A stretch of 64,000 nt of DNA. It comes from Squalus acanthias (taxonomy: Eukaryota). The notes below the pieces were generated by a model, which had not been told where the DNA came from, made no database searches, and was given only the letters and a program-made list of their open reading frames with translations. Every line of letters begins with the position of its first letter. Position 1 is the first letter of the stretch. The stretch spans positions 86,058,001 through 86,122,000 of the forward strand of contig CM059432.1 in assembly GCA_030390025.1 (NCBI GenBank). Reading direction: 5' to 3'. Below, piece after piece: positions 36,769 through 49,388 of the stretch. Position numbers and translations under genes: made by a program.

Positions 36769-37481
36769 ACCACGATTGATGAAGTCATGAAGTGCTGACT
36801 GTTTAATGAACCCTGCCATAGCTATGCAATAGGTCACTGTGTTTCGCAAAACTTCTATGCTTCAGTCTTACACTCTTGTTTTGCAAACTCCTGAGCTTCA
36901 TCCCCTTACGCCCCCACCTCAATGAATTTCGAACTCGGCATGACGCTGAGCTCTTTTTCTGTCGCCTTCATCTCTGTGCCCACTTCGTTGGCCAGGAGTC
37001 TTTCCCCCGCACAGCTGTCAGAATTCTTGTTCTACCTGGACCCCTCCCTCTGGCCTCTTATCCTCTCTAGATCTTTTCATTGTGAACTGCTGGCGTGACA
37101 TCGGCCGTCTCAATTTCACTGCTCCCCTCACTCACTCCAACCTACCTCCCTCTGAACTTGCAGCACTCCGTTCTCTCAGATCCATTGTCATTAAACCTGC
37201 TGACAAGCGTGGTGCTGTTGTTGTTTGGCGAACTGACCTCTACCTTGTGGAGGCTGAATGCCAACTCTCTGACACCTCCTCCCTCTGGATCATGACCCCA
37301 CTACCGAACATCAAGCTATCGTCTCCAAGACTGTCACTGACCTCATCCGCTCTGGAGAACTTCCCTCCACGGCTGCCAAGTAGCATTGTTGCCCAACCCC
37401 GCACAGCCCGCTTCTACCTCCTTCCCAAGATCCACAAATAGGACTGCCCTGGTAGACCCATCGTTTCAGCCTGTTCTTGCT

Positions 37482-40400
37482 CCAAGGAAACCTCCTGCTG
37501 ATTACCACCTACCGCCCTCCCTCAGCTGATGAATCAGTACTCCTCCATGTTGAACAACACTTGGAAGAAGCACTGAGAGTAGCAAGGGCACAGAATGTAC
37601 TCTGGGTGGGGGATTTCAATGTCCATCACCAAGAGTGACTTGGTAGCACCACCACTGACTGAGCTGGCCGAGTCCTGAAGGACATAGCTGCCAGTCTGGG
37701 CCTGCGACAGGTGGTGAGAGAACCAACACGAGGGGAAAACGTACTTGACCTTGTCCTCACCAATCTACCTGTCGCAGATGCATCTGTCCATGACAGCATT
37801 GGTAGCAGTGACCACCGCACAGTCATTGTGGAGACGAAGTCCCGTCTTCACACTGAGGACACCCTCCATCGTGTTGTGTGGCACTACCACCGTGCTAAAT
37901 GGGATAGATTCAGAACAGATCGAACAGCTCAAAATTGGGCATCCATGAGATGCTGTGGGCCATTAGCAGCAGCAGAATTGTATTCCACTACAATCTGTAA
38001 CCTCATGGCCTGGCATATCCCTCACTCTACCATTGCCATCAAGCCAGGGGACCAACCCTGGTTCAATAAGGAGTGTAGAAGAGCATGCCAGGAGCAGCAC
38101 CAGGCGTACCTAAAAATGTGGTGCCAACCTGGGGAAGCTGCAACACAGGACTACATGCATGCTTAAAAGCGGAAGCAGCATGCTATAGTCAGGGCTAAGC
38201 GATCCCACAATCAACGGATCAGATCAAAGCTCTGCAGTCCTGCCACATCCAGTCGCGAATGGTGGTGGACCATTAAACAACTAACGGGAGGAGGAGGCTC
38301 CATGAATATCACCCTCAATGATGGCAGAGCCCAGCACGTGAGTGCAAAAGACAAGGCTGAAGCGTTTGCAACCATCTTCAGCCAGAAGTGCCAAGTGGAT
38401 GATCCACATCGGCCTCCTCCTGAGCTCCCCGCCATCACAGAAGCCAGTCTTCAGCCAATTCGATTCACTCCACGTGATATCAAGAAACAGCTGAGCGCAC
38501 TGGATACAGCAAAGGCTGTGGGCCCCGACAACATCCCGACTGTCGTGCTGAAGACTTGTGCTCCAGAACTAGCCGCACCTCTAGCCAAGCTCTTCCAGTA
38601 CAGCTACAACACTGGCATCTATCCGACAATGTGGAAAACTGCCCAGGTCTGTCCTGTCCACAAAAAGCAGGACAAATCCAATCCAGATAATTACCACCTC
38701 ATCAGTCTACTGTCAATCATCAGCAAAGTGATGGAAGGTGTCGTCGATAGTGCTATCAAGCAGCACTTACACACCAATAACCTGCTCACTGATGCCCAGT
38801 TTGGGTTCTGCCAGGACCACTCGGCTCCAGACCTCATTACAGCCTTGGTCCAAACATGGACAAAAGAGCTGAATTCCAGAGGTGAGGTGAGAGTGACTGC
38901 CCTTGACATCAAGGCAGCATTTGACCGAGTGTGGCATCAAGGAGCCCTAGCAAGACTGAAGTCAATGGGATTCTGGGGGAAAACTCTCCACTGGCTGGAG
39001 TAATTCCTAGCACAAAGGAAGATGATTGTGGTGGTTGGAGGTCAATCATCACAGCCCCAGGACATCACTACAGGAGTTCCTCAGGGCAGTGTCCTAGGCC
39101 CAACCATCTTCAGCTGCTTCATCAATCGCCTTCCCTCCATCATAAAGGTCAGAAATGGGGATGTTCGCTGATGACTGCACAGTGTTCAGTGCCATTCGCA
39201 ACTCCTCAGATAATGAAGTAGTCCATGCCCGTATGCAGCAAAACCTGGACGACATTCAGGCTTGGGCCGATAGGTGTAAGCGGTTTTGATCCTAGCCCAA
39301 TTGCTAGACGGACGGTTCGAATCGCCCCCGCCTTACGAAAGTTCTATACCCGGGAATTATTATTCAGAGTGTAAATGAAATAAGTCACGGACAGGAATGC
39401 TTTGGTGAAAAATCAACTTATATTTATTTGGTCTAACATACACTGGCTAAAACATGCACTACTAAACAAAATCACTGTCTCTGTGGAGAATAAAATCCAG
39501 GTTACAAACAACATACATACAGTACACAACTGGGGACTATGACAAGCAGTAATTCCCTTGTTGCTATGGTGGACTCTAATTCCACCCCTACCAACTAATT
39601 ACCCAGTCGCATAAGCCCCTTCGCCTGGCTGAACCAAATGAAGCTCCCACCCCGGAATAGCCCAAAAGCTTCACTTCTGAGAAAAACTCTGAGCCCTCTG
39701 GTTACCGGCTTGGGACACTCGAGACCACGCTTACCACCACACACAGTCGGTCTCGATCGCTCCGCTTAGCTGCTTCTTCCTCTGGTACTTCTTGTTAGGT
39801 CGATCTTGGTGCAGCGAGAGCGAGATGGTGGGAAAGGGTCTATCTTTATAGGAGTCTCGCTACCCCTATCTTTCCCGCCAATCTTTAAAATCCTTTTGTT
39901 TCTGAGCAGTCCGGTGCTTAATCAGTGATGGGTCATCCTTAGACCCATGTGTACTCCGTGATTGGACTAATGGCCCTAAGTCTGGGACATATTTCGGTAT
40001 TTGTGTTGGGAAAAACTGGCTCCTCTCCAGCTGGCTAGGCCAGTGGGTTCATTGTTCTGCTTCTCTTCTGAGATGGAGGTGAGAAGTGCTTTTGCATATT
40101 CTGGATGACTGACAGTTCTTTTGTCACAGCCAACTGCCATGCGTTCTCTGGAGTTTTAACAAACCAGTTTTTCACATATCTGCACAGGGTGATCCCATCA
40201 CAGGGAAAATACCCTCAGAAAAATCCCATAAAGTCCATAAAATATTCTCGACTGAGTCCATTCTTCAGACAGAGACTTTGCGATCTCTTCATAGGTGGCA
40301 GGTAACATTCGTGCCACAAAAGTGCCAGGCAATGACTATCTCCAACAAGCGAGCATCTAACTACCACCCATTGACATTCAACGGCATTACCATCGCCAAA

Positions 40401-41063
40401 TCCCCCACCATCAACTTAAGGGGGTCACCATTGACCAGAAACTTAACTGGACCAGCCACATAAATACTGTGGCATCAAGAGCGGGTCAGAGGTTGGGTAT
40501 TCTGCGGCGAGTGTCTCACCTCCTAACTCCCCAAAGCCTTTCCACCATCTACAAGACACAAGTAAGGAGTGTGATGGATTACTCTCCACTTGCCTGGATG
40601 AGTGCAGCTCCAACAACACTCAAGTAACTCGACACCATCCAGGACAAAGCAGCCCACTTGATTGGCACCCCATCCACCACCTTAAACATTCACTTCCTCT
40701 ACCACCGGCGCACCATGGCTGCAGTGTGTACTATCTACAAGATGCACTGCAGCACCTCCCAAACCCGCAACCTCTACCACCTAGAAGGACATGGGCAGCA
40801 GGCGCATGGGAACACCACCACCTCCAAGTTCCCCTCCAAGTCACACACTATCCTGACTTGGAAGTATATCGCCGTTCCTTCATTGTCGCTGGGTCAAAAT
40901 CCTGGAACTCCCTCCCTAACAGCACTGTGGGAGTACCTTCACCACACGGACTGCAGCGGTTCAAGAAGGTGGCTCACCACCACCTTCTCAAGGGCAACTA
41001 GGGATGGGCAATAAATGCTGGCCTTGCCAGCAACGCCCACATTCCATAAACGAATAAAAAAAA
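37482..41063 (+). mobile_element. Non-CR1 APE-RT LINE; copy 2, carrying a solo LTR
   Basis: Closely similar to 21200-24053 (ORFs 37711-38166, 38302-39003, 40658-41014); same A-rich 3' end. Confidence 0.87.
39275..40291 (-). mobile_element. Solo LTR, family A (1017 bp)
   Basis: Homologous to 12691-13817 except for an indel of about 110 bp; TGT...TCA termini; 4-bp TSD TAGG (39271-39274, 40292-40295). Confidence 0.95.
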
Positions 41064-41599
41064 CTTATTTCTTCCTATCTCGACTCTATTTTTTCTCCCC
41101 TTCTCCTCTTCTCACCTACATCCGCGACTCTTCAGACGCCCTCCGCCACTTTAACAGTTTCCAGTTTCCTGGCCCCAACTGTCTCCTTTTCACTATGGAC
41201 GTACAATCCCTCTACACCTGCATCCCCCACCAGGATGGCCTGAGGGCGCTCCGATTCTTCCTTGAACAGAGGCCCAACCAGTCCCCATCCAGCACCACCA
41301 TCCTCGCCTGGCTGAACTTGTTCTCACATTGAACAACTTCTCCTTTGACCCCACTCATTTCCTCCAAATAAAAAGTGTTGCTATGGGGACCCGCATGGGT
41401 CTTAGCTGTGCCTGCCTTTTCGTGAAATATGTGGAACATTCTTTGTTCCAGTCCTACTCGGGTCCCCTTTCTCACCTCTTTTTCCAGTACAGTTCTGACG
41501 AAAGATCATCAACCTGAAACGTTAACTGTTTCTCTCTCCAGAGATGCTGCCTGACCTGCTGAGTATTCCCAGTATTTTCTGTTTTCATTTGAGAATTTC

Positions 41600-43620
41600 C
41601 TGGAGCACACGTCACAGGAGGTGGTCACCCCACAGCTACAGAGAGTTCAGGAGAATAGTAAGAGGGCAGCAATCCGGCCGGGTAGCAAAAGGTAGGCAGT
41701 GCCAGAATCCGCCGAGAGTGTGGCACTCTAAAGCCAGTTTTCAGCACTGAATACCACTGAGGGTGACGACTCCTTGAGGGAGTACAGTCTAGGGCACATC
41801 CACGGCACTGTGGGGCAAATAACTGCACAGGGGGCACAACAAAGTGTAGAAATGCAGTGATCATAGGGGATTCGATAGTCAAGGAGATAGGCAGGCATTT
41901 CTGCAACCATCAACGCAAGTTCCGCATGGTGTGTTGCCTCCCTGGTGCCAGGGTAAAGGACATCACTGAGAGGTGCAGAACATTTTGAGGGGGAAAGGGA
42001 ACAGCCAGAAGTCCATGTGGGAACTAATGACATAGGAAGGAAAAGGGTTAAGGTCCAGCAGTCAGCATTTCAGGAGCTAGGAAAGAAGTTAAAAAGCAGG
42101 ACCTCAAAAGGTAGTAATCTCTGGATTTCTCCCAGTGCCACGCGTATAAGAATAGTAGGATAAAACAGGTTAACGCATGGCTGGAGAAATGGTGCAGGAG
42201 GGAGGGCTTCAGATTCCTGGGGTATTGGGACCTGTTCTAAGTGGACTAAAGGTGTAGAGGTTAAAATGAGACAGTAAAGGGAGACTTATGACAATTGTAA
42301 GGTTCATAATACAGTAGAGAACCAAGCTGAATATAGAAAGTACAGAGGAGAGCTAAAAAAGGAAATGAGAGGCAAAGAGATAGTATGAGAATAGATTAGC
42401 GGCTAACATTAAAGGGAACCCAAAAGTCTTTTATAAACATATAAATAGTTCAAGGGTAATCAAAGGAAGGGTGGGGCCGATTAGGGACCAAAAAGGAGAT
42501 CTTCTTGTGGAAGCGGAGGGCATGGCTGAGGTACTAAATGAGTACTTTGTGTATGTCTTCACTACAGAAGAGGTGAACAGTTGTTTTTCAGACTGGAGGA
42601 AAATATACAGTGGTGTTCCCCATGGGTCAGTATTAGGACCACTGCTCTTTTTGATATATATTGTTGACCTGGACTTGGGTATACAGGGCATTAATTCAAA
42701 GTTTGCAGATGATACGAAAGTCGGAAATGTAGTAAACAATGAGGAAGATAGTAACAGACTTCAGGAGGACATAGACTGGTGAAATGGGCAGACACACGGC
42801 AGATAAAATTTAACGCAAAGAAGCGTGAAGTCATATATTTTGGTAGGAAGAATGAGGAGAGGCAATATGAACTAAATTGTACAATTTTAAAGGGGGTGCA
42901 GGAACAGAGATCTAGGGGTGTATGTACATAAATCTTTGAAGGTGGCAGGACAAGTTGGGAAGGCTGTTAAAAAAGCATATGGGATCCTTGGCTTTATTAA
43001 TAAGGGAATAGAGTACAAAAGCAAGGAAGTTATGCTAAACCTTTATAAAACACTGGTTAGGCCTCAGCTGGAGTATTGTGTTCAATTCTGGGCACTACAC
43101 TTTAGGAAGAAGGTCAAGACCTTGGAGAGGGCGCAGAAGAGATTGACTAGAATGGAACCAGGGATGAGGGACTTCAGTTATGTGGAGAGACTGGTGAAGC
43201 TAGGGTTGTTCTCCTTAGAGCAGAGAAGGTTAAGATGAGATTTGATAGAGGTCCTCAAAATCATGAAGGGTTTTGATAGAGTAAATAAGGAGAAACTGTT
43301 TCCAGTGGCAGAAGGGTCGGTAACCAGAGAAACACAGATTTAAGGTGATTGGCAAAGGAACCAGAGGTGACGTGAGGAAACTATTTTTTACACAGCGAGT
43401 TGTTGTGATCTGGAATGCACTGCCTGAAAGGGTGGTGGAAGCAGATTCACCAGTAACATTCAAAAGAGAATTCGATAAATATTTAAAGGGAAACAAATTA
43501 CAGGGCTATGGGGAAAGAGCAGGGGAGTGGGATTAATTGGATAGCTCTACCAAAGAGCTGGCACAGGCACGATGGACCAAATCACTTCCTTCTGTGCTGT
43601 ATCATTTTTTGATTCTATGA
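41600..43620 (+). mobile_element. CR1 LINE with internal deletions
   Basis: Esterase remnant ~41850-42240; RT pieces 42471-43536; ATTCTATG-type tail. Confidence 0.85.
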
Positions 43621-44304
43621 TAATATCAGCAGATTACCTTTAGAACTTCTTCAAGGTGTTGAACATTTCCCTCATCTGGAAGGAAGACCTCCTAAAAGAA
43701 TGAACTTCGTTGACCTGTTCTTCCTTCTCTTTCCACATAGCCCTGACAGATGACTTTTGGGAAGGGTGTCCTTTACAGCCAAAAATGGCAAATCTTCCTT
43801 TTCATCGCCTCATTAAACATAACTTAAAGGGATTGGTTCAAAAAGGGAGTTGTCATCTCTCCTCTCAAGGTGCTTGTAGGATCCTGGGGTCATCAACAAA
43901 AAGCAAGACAAAAACATCTCCCCTACAGCAAGTGCGGGTGCAACTTTAAGGAGTGACCCCTGTACTTTTCACCTCCTGACACAGATTCTCTGCTCTCCCC
44001 CTCCCCATCATCCCCCCAGTCCTAGTGCTTTGGCTATTCCGTACAGGGAGTGAGCAGACCGTGGAAAGTTGCAGGAGGTTCTCTCCCTGCACCCATAATG
44101 CAGAAGGTGCCAGTGAAGCACTTCAGTGGAAAATCATCCATTAAATTCTTTGATTTTCTTCATAACATAAACTTTACTCATGTGTACCAATATTATACAG
44201 TTCAGAGTCAAAATGACTGGAGGGAACTTGACCACAGTTTTTATTTGTAAAGATTGATTTGAAGAACATGTTTAACACATCTGCCATTATTAGTGCTGTA
44301 TAAT

Positions 44305-47095
44305 GGGGTAGAGTTTCTGCTTTGGGTGCAATCGGGAAACTGGGCACAAATTGTGTTTGAAATTAAGCTGTTTTTTCGAAGTGAAGTTATGGTTCAAGTT
44401 TCTGCCCAAACTCATTTGCCGAATCACAAATATAAAATCTTCCATGAACCAGCACAATCAGTCAGCGTAATAGAACATAATCGCTTTTTTCTTTGCATTA
44501 AAATATATTCATTGATGTATTTTAGAGTGGTAACTTGCTGCAGTTTTATTAACACAGCTGAAAATGGGTTTATCACAAAAATAAGCATTTTTAATAAGAG
44601 TGTCTAGTCCGCCACCTGTGATTAACCTGATTTTAAATCACTGAAAATGAATTTATAAAACTATATTGAGTAATTTACTAAGTTTCATTAGTGGACACTA
44701 GTCAGTTTCTTATAAATTAAACAATTTTTAAGATGTAAAGGGGGAGAAATTCGCGTTCGCCAGCAAAGTTGCCGGTGGAGTTAATGGCCGCTGAAAATGG
44801 CCGCAACGCTAATGGAGCAAAATTGGTCTGGGGGGCAGGAGATTGTTGGTGCAGCGCTTACCTTCCGTGCAACACCGTCCTGGTGACGTTGCTGGAGGCA
44901 TCCGAGACAAAGTTCCTGTCCAGGTGCGGCGTTGCAGCTTCCCACAGCTTCTGGAATCGAGGCTGTGGAGCTCATAAGGAACTGTGGGTAATGAAGAGGT
45001 CCGAGAATTAAAGGGGCCATACACACTGAAGCAATAGAAATTAAAATGAAGTGAGAGAATACAGTTTTCAACTCTTCCTGCCTTTTAAAAAAATATTTAA
45101 CGTTAAAAAGAAGTCCCAAATGTGAATATTCAGCTCTTAAAACTGAATTCCCTTCCTAACCTCAAAAAATTGGAAAAATGCCTCAGCACTAACATAAATG
45201 GCTCAGCAAGCCAGGGAAGGGGCACCCAGGGTCTCGCACTCAGCACTCCAGCTTTGTGCAGGGGGTCAACACTGCAAGAGAGGTTCTCTACCCACAGGGG
45301 CCAGGAGGCCCTCCAGAAAGAACAATGTGGGACCACATCACTGAGGCCATCACTGCCAGCAGTGTCGCCCCCACCACCTGGCTCCAGTGCCCAAAGAAGC
45401 TTCATGACCTCAGTCACTGGTCAAGGTCAGTGAACGCATCTTCAAAAGCCGTCTCCTACCAACTGCACCACTAGCCTCACACACTTCTCAATGCACGACC
45501 CCCACCCCCAATCACTCACCTACCAACAATCTACACCAATCACGAGGCACACCTTCCATTCCTAGCCTCACCTCACCCCCTTGGAGGAGACGGTGCAGAC
45601 CATTCCTGACAGGGGCATGGCTGAGCACTTCGCCAGTGGTGGGGCTGAAAGGATAAAAGATGCTGGTATCCTCATACGTTATCCTCCTTCTGGCATGCAC
45701 CCCATGATTTCCCGCCCTCCCATCACCACAACTCCACCTTTGTGCTTTCCTCATTTCACACACCCAAGAAACGGAGCCTGCCCAGCCAGTGGCTGACCAA
45801 GAAGAGGGAGAGGAGAGTGAAGAAGAAGAAGAAGAAGATTGATTTGACACTCCCAGCCACCAGCTCCCAGCCACCAGCTCCTCAAGGTCAACAGGCAAGG
45901 ACATTTGCAGTGTCGCCCACTGAAAGTCAGCAGCCTTCCACCAGCCATGCTACAGCCACCGTGGTAGCACTGCGTGACATCAGTAGGATAGGCAAAGGCA
46001 CACACAAGACAGTCACTAAGAGAATGCATACGGGTGATGAGTTAATTTCTTGATGTCACATTGGATGGATAGATGTATATAGGTGGATTGGAAAGTTTGC
46101 TTTCTGGTGGCTTTTATTTCAGCATCGTGGCCAAGAGGACGCTGTGATGGTCAGTAACAGATGGAAGGTAAGGTGTGGGACTAATGTTGAAAGGGGAATT
46201 GGGGTTGTGGTCACTGGGACTGAAGGCAGATGATTCCATCCCGGATATCCCGGCCACAAAGGGGCTGTCTGGGATGCATCCTTCCTTCTGATTCCGCCTC
46301 TTCTGCTTCCTCATCTTCTGTGTCTTCCTCTTCCCTCTGCAAGCGAATGTTGTAAATCTGAAATGACAGCATAATATGCTGGAAATACTCAGCTGGTCAG
46401 GCAGCACCTCAATCTGAGACGTGAACTCTCTTTTTCTCTCCACGGATGTTGCCTGACCTGCTGAGTATTCGCAGCATGTTCTGTCTTCTCAAAAGCCTTC
46501 ATTTACGATCCGAGCCCTTGCAAGTGTCCAGCAGCACTCCCTACACACTTAAAAAACTTTTCACATCTATTGCAGCAAGCCACCACTTCAATAAAATCCA
46601 AAAAAAAGGCCAAAACCTTAAATTCAAACTTACCTGAACGATGTGTGTGTCCCTTTAAGAGGTCTAGACATCACCACTGTCAGCCTGCTTGCACACCAGG
46701 TTACCCCAGGAACTGCCAGCAGCTGGCGAAAGAGCGGCGGCCAGCGTTTTAGCATCATTTAATGGCGCTATGGAGTGGCGCTAAAGCCACGAATTTCTAG
46801 CCCAAAAACTTTTAAAATATGCCTACTGGTACCTGTGCGCCAAAAAAGAGCTCAATTTGAAGACCCTCCTCGAATGGACTCAAACGGGCACAATCGGCGG
46901 AAATTCGCCTTCCTCCTTATTTCAATCTGGGTGTAAGGCCAGTTTTGTGGGTGGGACTGGCTTCGGGTGAAATGATTTTTAAAGCAGCGTTAAAGATCGC
47001 GGAAACTCAATTTACACTTGACATAACTTATGTTTAAAATTCACCAATCTTTTGTACTGGTTCGGCCAATTTCACCTATTTTGCGCTGAGCTACG
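44305..47095. mobile_element. Probable outer MITE (left TIR GGGGTAGAGTTTC), right end lost
   Basis: TIR-like start similar to the 14960 element; right TIR not found. Confidence 0.4.
44740..46803 (+). mobile_element. Harbinger-type element with decayed Myb/SANT gene and transposase tail remnant
   Basis: TIRs GGGGGAGAAATTCG / CGAATTTCTAGCCC; TSD AAA; MAQQAREGAPRVS...REVLYP...WDHITEAITASSVAPTTWLQCPKKLHDL followed by a GTCAGT donor; minus-strand acidic tail at ~46210-46340. Confidence 0.8.
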
Positions 47096-47096
47096 G

Positions 47097-49388
47097 CACA
47101 GATCATAACCACAAATTACAATGTTAACTGAGTGCATTGTAAACAGAGTGGGAAGTTGAGAATTTGCTGAGAGTGGAACTCTGGTAAATTAGAGAGTAGG
47201 TCAAACTGAAATTTAGTCTCAATATTTAGAATTTAACTTAGAACTTTAAAAACTCCAAGCCAGTTAGCAATTAACAGTCAATCAGCTGTAAGTGATTGAC
47301 TGAATATGAGTAATTACTGTGAGCGGGAAGCTGACAGAGCACTTGTAACTTGGGTGGGCTCAGAAGGTGTATAAAAGTAGGAGTCTCCTAAGACACAGAT
47401 CATAACCACAGATCGCAACGTAAACGGAGTGCATCGTAAACAGAGTGGAGTGTTGAGAATTTGGTGAGAGTGGGAATTTGGTGCAGAATGGGAAGGAGGT
47501 GTTCCTTTTAGTTAAATTAAATTCATTTAAAATAAGTGAATTAATTACATAAAACTTTACTTAAAAACATATATATTAAAGTTAGATAGAGATGGCAGTG
47601 CAGGAGATGTGCCGCATCTGCAGCATGTGGGAGTTTGTGGAGAGCAGCGTGATCTAGGGTCGAAATTAAAACACAGAACACAAATTGGAATAGAGACAAG
47701 CAATTAGAAGATTAAATGCGTGGCTCAAAGAGTAGTGTGGGAGGCAGGGGTTTCAATTCATGGGGCACTGCATCAGTACTGGGGAAAGAGGGAGCTGTTC
47801 CGTTGGGACGGATTTCACTTAAACCGGGCTGGGATCAGTGTCCTGCCGAATCGAATAACTAGAGTGGTAGATAGGGCTTTAAATTAATGAAGTGGCTGGG
47901 GTTGGGGGGTGGGGGATGGCGTGGGAGGCTTCAAGAAGGGGTAAATTCAAAAGCAGTAAGAGAAATGACAAGGCTGTAGAGCAGTGTAGTGATTGGGGTA
48001 AAAATAAGCAGAGTGGGTCGGGAAGGGACAAAGAGCTTAACAAAGGTAATAGTGACTAAGGTGACATCAGGGAAAATAGAAAAAAGGTAAAGGCACTATA
48101 TCTGAATGCATGAATCATTCGCAACAAAACAGATGAATTAATAGCACAGGCAGAAATAAATCTAATTGGCATTACGGAGATGTGGTTGCAGAGCAACCAA
48201 GGTTGGGAACTAAATATTCCAGGATACTTGACTTTTAGAAGAGATAGGCAAAATGGAAAAGGGGGTGGGGTAGCCCTGAAAATAAAGGATGGGATAAAGA
48301 CAGTAGAGAGAAAGGACCTTAGCTTAGAAAAACAAGATGTAGAATCACTTTGGGTAGAGCTAAGAAACAACAAGGGACAGAAAACATTGGTGGGAGTAGT
48401 TTATAGGCCCCCTAACAGTAGTTGTAGTGCCGTGCACAGTATAAATCAGGAAATTAGGGTGCATGTAACAAGGGTAATATAGTAATCATAGAGGACTTTA
48501 ATTTTCATATAGTCTTGGCAAACCAAATTTGCAGTAATAGTGCGGAGGACGAGTTCATGCAATGGATTCAAGATAGTTTTCTAGATCAGTATGTCGAGGA
48601 ACCAGGGAACAGGTTATTTTAGATCTTGTATTGTGCAATGAGACAGGGATGATTAATTACCATGTAGTAAAGGATCCTCTGGGGAAGAGTGATCATAATA
48701 TGATAGAATTTTATATTGAGTTTGAGAGTGATTTAGTTAAGTTGAAACTAGAGTATTAAATCTGAACAAAGCAAACTACATAGGTATAAGGGGCAAGTTG
48801 ACTAAGGTAAATTGGGAAACTAGTTTAAAAGATATGACAGTAAATAAAAAAAGAAAAGCAGAATATTTTTTTAATGGTGAGAGACTGGGAAATGTTGGAA
48901 TTCAAAAGGGCCTGGGTGTCCTTGTACACGAATCACAGAAAGCTAACATGCAGGTACAGCACGTAATTAGGAAAGCAAATGGTATGTTAGCCTGTATTAC
49001 AAAAGGATTGGTGTATAAGAGTAAAAAGACTTACTGCAATTATATAAGCCCTTGGTGAGAGCACATCTGGAGCACTGTGTACAGTTTTGGTCTCCTTACC
49101 TAAGGAAGGATATAATTGCCTTATAGGGAGTAGAACTAAGATTCACTAGACTGATTCCTGGGATGGGGGGATTGTCCTATGAGGAGAGATTGAGTAGACT
49201 AGGCCTATATTCCCTAGAGTTTAGAAGACTGAGAGGTGATCTCACTGAAACCTATAACATTTTTAAAGGGCTTGACAGGGTAGATGCTGGGAGAATGTTT
49301 CCACTGGGTGGGGAGTCTATAACTAAACTGGGCAGTCTCAGAATAAGAGGTCGGCCATTTCGGACAGAGATGAGGAGAAATTTCTTCA
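47097..49388 (+). mobile_element. CR1 LINE including its 5' UTR, internally deleted
   Basis: ORF1 start MAVQEMCRICSMWEF at 47591, esterase end, APE (YLNA, GITEMW), RT C-terminus. Confidence 0.82.

Larger units (their letters stand above)
36875..41590 (+). mobile_element. Penelope-like RT remnants (36875-37481 and 41064-41590) interrupted by a LINE
   Basis: IVIKPADKRGAVVV, FYLLPKIHK, LFTMDVQSLYTCIPH, VAMGTRMG; ends in a pseudo-LTR with a decayed hammerhead at 41489-41529. Confidence 0.82.
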
